A stretch of 63,430 nt of DNA from Clostridiales bacterium UBA3953. GTDB taxonomy: Bacteria; Bacillota; Clostridia; Oscillospirales; CAG-272. Shown here one piece after another: positions 57,794 to 63,430 of this stretch (its first letter is position 1; each line of letters starts with the position of its first letter). The DNA is taken from assembly GCA_002385415.1 (NCBI GenBank), contig DGDL01000016.1:1-63430 (forward strand). Reading direction: 5' to 3'. The position numbers and the translations under genes were made by a program. Under the pieces are notes generated by a model. That model made no database searches and was not told the DNA's origin. It saw nothing but the letters and a program-made list of their open reading frames with translations.

Positions 57794-58171
57794 ATGGCTG
57801 CTTACGGAAAAAAGGTGTGGCTGATACCCGACTGTTATCTCAACTCTGTGTCAAAGAATCCGAATGTCTCGCATGAGGCTATCTGCGTGATAAACACATC
57901 AGATACCGATGCGGAAATCAAGCTTACGCTCTACTTTGAGGACAGACCTGCAATGGACGGTTTTGTTTCGCACTGCGGCGCGCGGAAGACCCATCACATC
58001 CGTATGGACAAGCTGTGCAGTGCCGACGGCCAGCCTATACCGCGTGACACGCCCTATGCCGCGCTGGTTGAATCGTCGGTGCCGATTGTGGTGCAGTACA
58101 GCAGGCTTGATACATCCGCCGCGGAAATGGCGCTTATGACAACAATCGCCTACCCGGTAGACGAATCCTAA
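57794..58171 (+). CDS. sensory-rhodopsin-transducer (ASRT) family protein
   Basis: 125 aa from ATG 57794, 7 nt after AAAGGAG. HEAICVINTSDTDAEIKLTLYFEDRP...RKTHHIRMD...VPIVVQYSRLDTSAAEMALMTTIAYP aligns by eye along its full length with Anabaena ASRT. Confidence 0.75.
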   Translation: MAAYGKKVWLIPDCYLNSVSKNPNVSHEAICVINTSDTDAEIKLTLYFEDRPAMDGFVSHCGARKTHHIRMDKLCSADGQPIPRDTPYAALVESSVPIVVQYSRLDTSAAEMALMTTIAYPVDES

Positions 58172-58275
58172 CATAACAAAGCCGCGCCTATTAACACTCG
58201 GCAAAATTCGAGTGTTAAATTGCGCGGCTTTTCGGCAATAAAAAAGGCTTTTACATAGAACCGGAGGAAAGCAAG

Positions 58276-59160
58276 ATGAATTTACCGTTTAAAATACCTC
58301 TCAAAGACAAAACCGCGGTTGTAACTGGCGGCGGGGGAGTGCTTTGCTCAGAGTTCTGCCGAGCGCTTGCCTCGTGCGGTGCGACGGTTGCCGTGCTCGG
58401 CTACCGGCCCGAGAGCATAACGCGCGTGTCAGAGCAAATAAACTCCGACCCCGATGTTATAGAAGCCGGCGGTTCGGCATTTCCCGTCGTCGCGAGTGTG
58501 CTCGACCGCGAGGCGCTTGAACGCGCAAAAGCGGAAATAGACTCGCGTGCCGGCGGCTGTGACATACTCATAAACGGCGCGGGCGGCAACAACCCGAAAG
58601 GAACGACCTCGGAAGAGTATCTGAAGCCGGAGGACCTCGACCCCGACTCGGCAGCGGCGCGCGGAATAAAGACATTCTTTGACCTTGACCCCGAGGGAAT
58701 CGAGGCGGTGTTCAATTTAAACTATCTCGGAACTCTGCTCCCCACGCAGGTGTTTGCGCGGGACATGGCAAAGCGCTCCAATCCCGTTATAATCAACGTG
58801 TCGAGCATGAATGCTTTCAGGCCGCTGACCAAAATACCCGCATATTCGGGTGCAAAAGCGGCGGTGTCCAATCTCACGCAGTGGCTGGCAGTCCATTTTG
58901 CGCCTGTTGGCATTCGCGTCAATGCAATAGCGCCAGGATTTTTCATCACGGAGCAGAACCGCTCGCTGCTGCTGAAAGAAGACGGCTCGCTGACCGACCG
59001 CAGCAAGAAAATACTTGCCCACACGCCCATGAACCGTTTTGGCGAGCCTCATGAGCTTCTCGGAACGCTGCTGTGGCTGTGCGACCCGGACGCCTCCGGC
59101 TTTGTAAACGGCGCCGTTATTCCGGTTGACGGAGGGTTTTCGGCATACTCGGGCGTTTAA
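58276..59160 (+). CDS. SDR-family oxidoreductase (UxuB / mannonate-oxidoreductase-like)
   Basis: 294 aa. TGGGGVLC Rossmann motif, NGAG, catalytic YSGAKAA. Confidence 0.8.
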   Translation: MNLPFKIPLKDKTAVVTGGGGVLCSEFCRALASCGATVAVLGYRPESITRVSEQINSDPDVIEAGGSAFPVVASVLDREALERAKAEIDSRAGGCDILINGAGGNNPKGTTSEEYLKPEDLDPDSAAARGIKTFFDLDPEGIEAVFNLNYLGTLLPTQVFARDMAKRSNPVIINVSSMNAFRPLTKIPAYSGAKAAVSNLTQWLAVHFAPVGIRVNAIAPGFFITEQNRSLLLKEDGSLTDRSKKILAHTPMNRFGEPHELLGTLLWLCDPDASGFVNGAVIPVDGGFSAYSGV

Positions 59161-59224
59161 ATGCGGCATAAAGATAAGTTTTACAGCCTGATTTGATTTA
59201 TATAGCGTTTTTCTATAGCAAAGT

Positions 59225-59251
59225 AAAAAACGGGGGCGATACATCGCCCCC
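59225..59251 (-). terminator. intrinsic terminator after speD
   Basis: Minus strand: GGGGGCGATGTATCGCCCCC followed by GTTTTTT. Confidence 0.8.
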
Positions 59252-59286
59252 AGCACTTATGATGCCGTGACAGACGCACGGCTTTT

Positions 59287-60069
59287 TTAGGGAATTTTAT
59301 CACGCTGAAAAACATTTGCGCCGCTGAAGATCTCGAGCATCTCACGGCGCAGGCTATCGATGATTTCGAGACGTGTGCGCGGCGGAATCTCATATATATC
59401 GGTGTTGAAAAGGTATTTGTCAAGATCGATTTCCTTGACGAGGAGCTTGGTGTGGAATATGTTTGACTGATAAACATTTACATCCACAGCATCGTAACGC
59501 TCAAGAGTTTTGGGATTTATATAATCCTGAATGGAAGTTATTTTGTGATCGATGTAGAGCTTGTTGCCGCTGATGTCACGCGTGAAGCCTCTGACCCTGT
59601 AGTCAAGCGTGATTATATCCGAGTCAAAACTGTCTATCAAAAAATCTAAAGTCGAAAGCGGAGTTATTTCTCCACAGGTCGAAACATCGATGTCTACTCG
59701 GAATGTGGCGATTGCGGTATCGGGGTGGTATTCAGGATAGGTATGCACAGCGACATGGCTTTTGTCAAGATGTGCAAGCACGGTTTCGCTTTGCGGTTCG
59801 GATGAAATCGAACCGTCTGCCAACAAAAAAGTAACGGATGCACCCCGCGGATCATAATCCTGCGTTGATACGCTCAATACTTTTGCCCCGATCATTTCGG
59901 TGAGCTGGAAGAGAATTTCGCGCAGCCGCGCCGAGTTATACTGTTCATCAATGTATGCTATATAGTCTTGTCGCTCTCGTTCGGTTCTGGCATAACATAT
60001 ATCGTAAATGTTAAACGACAGAGACTTAGTTAGGTTGTTGAAATCATAAAGCTGAATCCTTTCCTTCAT
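59287..60069 (-). CDS. speD: S-adenosylmethionine decarboxylase proenzyme (E. coli-type, class 1B)
   Basis: Start at the internal ATG 60069 (MKERIQLYDFNNLTKSLSFNIYDICYA). Self-cleavage site region LAHLDKSHVAVHTYPE. The ORF-track extension to 60141 runs through the leader terminator. Confidence 0.92.
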   Translation of the reverse strand: MKERIQLYDFNNLTKSLSFNIYDICYARTERERQDYIAYIDEQYNSARLREILFQLTEMIGAKVLSVSTQDYDPRGASVTFLLADGSISSEPQSETVLAHLDKSHVAVHTYPEYHPDTAIATFRVDIDVSTCGEITPLSTLDFLIDSFDSDIITLDYRVRGFTRDISGNKLYIDHKITSIQDYINPKTLERYDAVDVNVYQSNIFHTKLLVKEIDLDKYLFNTDIYEIPPRTRLEIIDSLRREMLEIFSGANVFQRDKIP

Positions 60070-60409
60070 AGCGCAAAATCCTCCCGATAAAATAAAAAGG
60101 CGCACCGCATACCGCAATGCACCAGAATGATCAAAATGCAAATTTATCGGTTGAAAACTGCTCAGTCGACTCGCATGAATCTGGAAGGGTCAGGGTAGCA
60201 GGAACCACTTTTACCACTCTTATTGATCGTTTCACAGCTGTGCATTTTGGTACACATTTGGTTATAAGGTAACCGAAAATAGCGCGCCATGCGCAATATC
60301 AATAATGCGGCAATAACCGCGATCGGCAGTTGACCTGGCTGTCCGATGGCCGTTTGGCTCCGCGATTACCCGCGAAGCGGTCAAGCAGTTCCCATGATAA
60401 CATGAAACT
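60070..60409 (-). promoter_or_regulatory. long speD leader ending in an intrinsic terminator (candidate riboswitch or attenuator)
   Basis: About 340 nt between the predicted -10 and the speD ATG. Terminator on the minus strand: GGUGCAUUGC-GGUAU-GCGGUGCGCC (60123-60099), then UUUUUAUUUU (60098-60089), immediately before the GGGAGG RBS. Confidence 0.5.
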
Positions 60410-60415
60410 ACCTAC

Positions 60416-60444
60416 AGTATAACATATCGCAAAATCGGTGTCAA
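60416..60444 (-). promoter_or_regulatory. sigma-70 promoter for speD
   Basis: Minus strand: TTGACA (60444-60439), 17 nt, TATACT (60421-60416). Confidence 0.65.
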
Positions 60445-60531
60445 GATATCGCATTCAACTAATTTTTGTGTGCCACAAACAAAATATGCTGATGCTGCAC
60501 TAAATGTACCGATAAAAGAAGAATAAAAGTG

Positions 60532-60561
60532 AAAAAACCGCCGGTTTTGCGCTATCGGCGG
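60532..60561 (-). terminator. intrinsic terminator after tRNA-Arg
   Basis: Minus strand: CCGCCG...CGGCGG hairpin followed by TTTTTT. Confidence 0.75.
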
Positions 60562-60562
60562 T

Positions 60563-60639
60563 TGGCGTCCCCGAGCCGACTCGAACGGCTGACCCTTCGC
60601 TTAGGAGGCGAATGCTCTATCCTGCTGAGCTACGGGGAC
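60563..60639 (-). tRNA. tRNA-Arg (anticodon CCU), CCA encoded
   Basis: Hand-folded cloverleaf. Acceptor GUCCCCG/CGGGGAC, D-arm GCUC/GAGC, anticodon arm UUCGC-CUCCUAA-GCGAA, T-arm AGCCG-UUCGAGU-CGGCU, discriminator G, then CCA. Confidence 0.9.
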
Positions 60640-60751
60640 AAGACTTATTGGGAACAAGAGATCCCGCACACCAGTCTATTATATCATTGAAACTGCAAAA
60701 AATCAACCGTTATCGAAAAAAATTTACTTATTTTCAGAGGTGGGACGAGCA

Positions 60752-61390
60752 TCACTCGCGTTTTATATTGTATTCGGCGATTTTCCCGTCAATAATTTGC
60801 CATGCACGCCTGTTGTGTTCGTCGAAGGCGCCGTCAATTTCGGCGCACAAATCTTTGCGGTCAAAAACTGTCCAGCCCGCCGGCTTTGGACCGTGATAGG
60901 GCTCAAAACCGAATTTTTTATAAAGACCGATTGCCTTGTAGCTCCACGTTTGGGTCGTCAGATACACGACTTTGCCCAGTGCAAGCTCGTTATGCATGTC
61001 AAGCAAAGCGGTGAGCAGTGCCTTTACAATCCCGCGCCCCTGATGCTCGGGCTTGCATGCTACCCAGTGGAAGCGCGGCAGCGGCACGCCGAAAATGTCA
61101 CCCTCCCAAAGCGAAGCGGTGGCGACAGCCCGGCCGTCCTGTGCAAGCGCAAAAAGGTTGCGGCGTCCGAGCAGCCCGGCAGGAGCGCTGAATGTTTTGC
61201 TGAAAAGGGAAAGTCCGGACTTAAAAGAGTCCGCCTCACCGACCGATGCCATTATTTCGGCCCAGTCGTTTTCACGTCCCGGAACATAACATGCGAGTGT
61301 GTACCCCGCCGGCAGCTCAAAGCGCGGATAACTGTCGGCATCGCGCTTTACCATTATCACCGCACCGAACGGTACCGATTTATCGAGCAT
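60752..61390 (-). CDS. GNAT-family N-acetyltransferase
   Basis: 212 aa. Acetyl-CoA-binding motif HQGRGIVKALLTALL and C-terminal KKFGFEPY. Confidence 0.8.
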   Translation of the reverse strand: MLDKSVPFGAVIMVKRDADSYPRFELPAGYTLACYVPGRENDWAEIMASVGEADSFKSGLSLFSKTFSAPAGLLGRRNLFALAQDGRAVATASLWEGDIFGVPLPRFHWVACKPEHQGRGIVKALLTALLDMHNELALGKVVYLTTQTWSYKAIGLYKKFGFEPYHGPKPAGWTVFDRKDLCAEIDGAFDEHNRRAWQIIDGKIAEYNIKRE

Positions 61391-61604
61391 ATCATCTCTC
61401 CTATTTATAATATTGCGGCGTGCACAGGCGGTTTTGCTGCTTTACATGCCTGACAATTGGTATTTTACCATCAATTTGACTTAAATTCAATGTTTTGAAC
61501 ATGTTCTATTGTGTTAAAAAGCAAAATTAATAAAATTCCCCTTGTAAAAGCAGACGAGGGAAGGTATAATAGCTTTTTGTATAGGTTAAACCGGAGGAGA
61601 AAAT

Positions 61605-62651
61605 ATGGCGGCATTACGCAACTTTGCGATCACGCTTTGTGTTTCGCTGATTATATTCGGATTGATTGCTTATTTTCTGGTAGGCATCGCCGAAAACAAC
61701 CTTGATTTTCTTACGGGTGCCGACACCGGTGACAATCCCTCCGAAACGAGTGCCGATACCGACGAAAATCAGCAGCCCGGTGTCACGATAGAAACCACGG
61801 CGCCGGAGACCGAACCGCTGACGGAAGACTTTCGCGGTTCGACGATTTCCGCAGTGCTAATCGGCTCGGATTACTTGCCCGACGTTTATGACGACTATGA
61901 CCTTTCAGAGATAAACAGGAATATAGACGGCTTCCCGATTAAGGAAAGGCGGATTTGCGCCGATTCGATTATATTTGTTCAGGTAAATGTCGAAACGCGC
62001 GAGTATGTGTTTCTGCCGATACCGTCGAACACACAGGTTATGGACAAGGGTCTGAGCAAATCGCTCGGTTCTCTGCTCGGAGAATCGGGACCCGAATATA
62101 TAAAAGACAAAGTATCGGGACTGCTCTCCATATACATAGACTATTATGCACTGTTTACATTGGACGGAGTCAAAAGCTTTATCGACGGCATGGGAGGCAT
62201 CGAATATAATGTGCCCTATGATATGCGGTACTCCGACCCGTCGGAGGGCGAAGAGGGACTGGTCATTGACATTAAAAAAGGCGCTCAAAAACTGACCGGA
62301 GACGATGTCGTGAAAATGCTGCGCTATGGGTCGTACAGCGAAGGCGACGCGATGAGGCGCACCGTTATAGTCGACTTCATGAAAGCGGTGCTTGCGAAAA
62401 TTACAAGCCCCGCATATCTTACCCGGCTGCCGGAGCTGTTTGCAAATGCGCTCGACTCTGGCATGATAGAGACCAACTTTACCGAAGATGTGCTTGCCGA
62501 AAACCTGGATGCTGTGTTTGCATATCAGGACTTTACCAAAACAGTGCTTGCGCTGCCGGGTAAAGAGGAGACGGTCGACGGAGAAAAATTTTTTATACCC
62601 AATACCGCCGGTGTAAATAACATAATAGGCAAATATAAGTATACGGGCTGA
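61605..62651 (+). CDS. LytR-CpsA-Psr (LCP) family protein
   Basis: 348 aa. N-terminal TM anchor. LCP core ([54 protein letters not shown]). Confidence 0.85.
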   Translation: MAALRNFAITLCVSLIIFGLIAYFLVGIAENNLDFLTGADTGDNPSETSADTDENQQPGVTIETTAPETEPLTEDFRGSTISAVLIGSDYLPDVYDDYDLSEINRNIDGFPIKERRICADSIIFVQVNVETREYVFLPIPSNTQVMDKGLSKSLGSLLGESGPEYIKDKVSGLLSIYIDYYALFTLDGVKSFIDGMGGIEYNVPYDMRYSDPSEGEEGLVIDIKKGAQKLTGDDVVKMLRYGSYSEGDAMRRTVIVDFMKAVLAKITSPAYLTRLPELFANALDSGMIETNFTEDVLAENLDAVFAYQDFTKTVLALPGKEETVDGEKFFIPNTAGVNNIIGKYKYTG

Positions 62652-62737
62652 ATTTTCGCTATTGGCAAATGGCAAAGTTGACCGGCGACCGAAAAACACA
62701 GGATAATCATATAACTTACGGAGTGGAGACTAAATAT

Positions 62738-63430
62738 ATGAATAACACCGAAAAAACCATGGACAAAATCGTCGCGCTGTGCAAGAACCGCGGTTTTATA
62801 TTCAGTGGTTCGGAGATATACGGCGGCCTTGCCAACACATGGGACTACGGCCCCCTCGGCGCGGAGCTGAAGAACAATGTTAAACGCGCATGGTGGAAGA
62901 AGTTTGTGCAGGAGTCGGAATATAACGTCGGAATTGACTGTGCCATACTTATGAACCCGGAGGTTTGGGTTGCATCCGGCCATGTTTCGACCTTCAACGA
63001 CCCGCTTATTGACTGCAAATCCTGCAAAATGCGTTACCGTGCCGATAATCTCGTCGGTGATTTTGTAAAAGAGAAAGCGCTTGATGTCACGGTTGAGGCC
63101 ATGACACAGGAAGATATGACTGAATTCATCCGTGAAAACAAAGTGCCATGCCCCAACTGCGGCAAAAGCGATTATACCGATATACGCAAATTCAATTTGA
63201 TGTTTAAAACTTTCCAGGGCGTGACGGAGGATACGGCGGCTCAAATTTACCTCCGTCCCGAAACGGCTCAAGGTATATTCGTCAATTTCAAAAACGTTCA
63301 GCGTTCGTCGCGTAAAAAGGTGCCTTTCGGTATCGCACAGATAGGTAAGGCGTTCCGCAATGAAATCACGCCCGGCAACTTCATATTCCGCACACGCGAG
63401 TTCGAGCAAATGGAGCTTGAATTTTTCTGC
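62738..63430 (+). CDS. glyQS: glycine--tRNA ligase (alpha2 type), 5' partial
   Basis: Not in the ORF track because there is no stop inside the window. ATG 62738 follows GGAGTGGAG. Translation [57 protein letters not shown]... stays open for 231 codons to the window edge. Confidence 0.93.
   Translation, partial: MNNTEKTMDKIVALCKNRGFIFSGSEIYGGLANTWDYGPLGAELKNNVKRAWWKKFVQESEYNVGIDCAILMNPEVWVASGHVSTFNDPLIDCKSCKMRYRADNLVGDFVKEKALDVTVEAMTQEDMTEFIRENKVPCPNCGKSDYTDIRKFNLMFKTFQGVTEDTAAQIYLRPETAQGIFVNFKNVQRSSRKKVPFGIAQIGKAFRNEITPGNFIFRTREFEQMELEFFC

Noticed and set aside
60450-60760. tRNA-Arg(CCU) as a possible integration hotspot or island boundary.
   Set aside because: There is no integrase, no direct repeat of the tRNA 3' end and no compositional shift on either side. 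The flanking genes are ordinary (speD, GNAT).
62652-62737. A T-box leader was expected upstream of glyQS.
   Set aside because: Only 86 nt separate the LCP stop from the glyQS ATG. No specifier or T-box sequence or terminator is visible. The gene may simply be read from an upstream or short promoter.
1-63430. Scan for CRISPR arrays, tandem or interspersed repeats, inverted-repeat-flanked invertible promoters, DGR template/variable repeat pairs and mobile elements.
   Set aside because: By eye I found nothing longer than the short operator-like palindromes and the 11-mer already reported. The window has no recombinase, reverse transcriptase, transposase or cas-like ORF. A computational self-dot-plot would be needed to exclude diverged repeats.

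Overview
By gene content and its moderately GC-rich composition, this looks like a chromosomal core segment from an anaerobic Firmicute, probably a Clostridia (Oscillospiraceae/Ruminococcaceae-like) organism. I support about 57 protein-coding genes, one tRNA-Arg(CCU), and several sigma-70-type promoters and intrinsic terminators. Housekeeping blocks are tpiA-pgk, htpG, the [FeFe]-hydrogenase maturase operon (TM1266-like regulator, hydE, hydG, hydF), infC-rpmI-rplT, dprA-topA-plsX-rnc, asnA, speD and the 5' part of glyQS. They are interleaved with envelope and glycan genes: GH3, GH43, a sialate-O-acetylesterase-like esterase, a polysaccharide deacetylase, a GT2-GtrA fusion, an LCP protein, a SleB-like hydrolase and a GldG/DUF4340 ABC cluster. 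I found no transposase, integrase, prophage block, CRISPR array or recognisable defence gene. There is no clear-cut novel system, but several loci are not explained by ordinary annotation. (1) 358-5890: two ABC half-exporters that both carry a homologous PH-like plus 4-Cys zinc-ribbon N-terminal module and bracket a DUF1854 protein. (2) 11099-11542: a roughly 400-nt GC-rich, hairpin-dense, non-coding transcript driven by a near-consensus promoter upstream of a CD3324-family gene. (3) 60070-60444: a roughly 340-nt promoter-to-terminator leader in front of speD that matches no riboswitch class I can recognise by eye. (4) 17401-17700: a 99-aa protein with 14 Cys and five V-G-G repeat units, with its own ribosome-binding site (RBS) and terminator, next to hydF. 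(5) 43668-43678 and 44638-44648: an 11-mer shared by the infC leader and an unusually long infC-rpmI spacer. (6) 25456-33018: a seven-gene minus-strand array joining the GldG/DUF4340 ABC module to a PrsA-like foldase, a U32-family protein and an RNHCP protein. All family assignments come from motif reading by eye; no searches were run.
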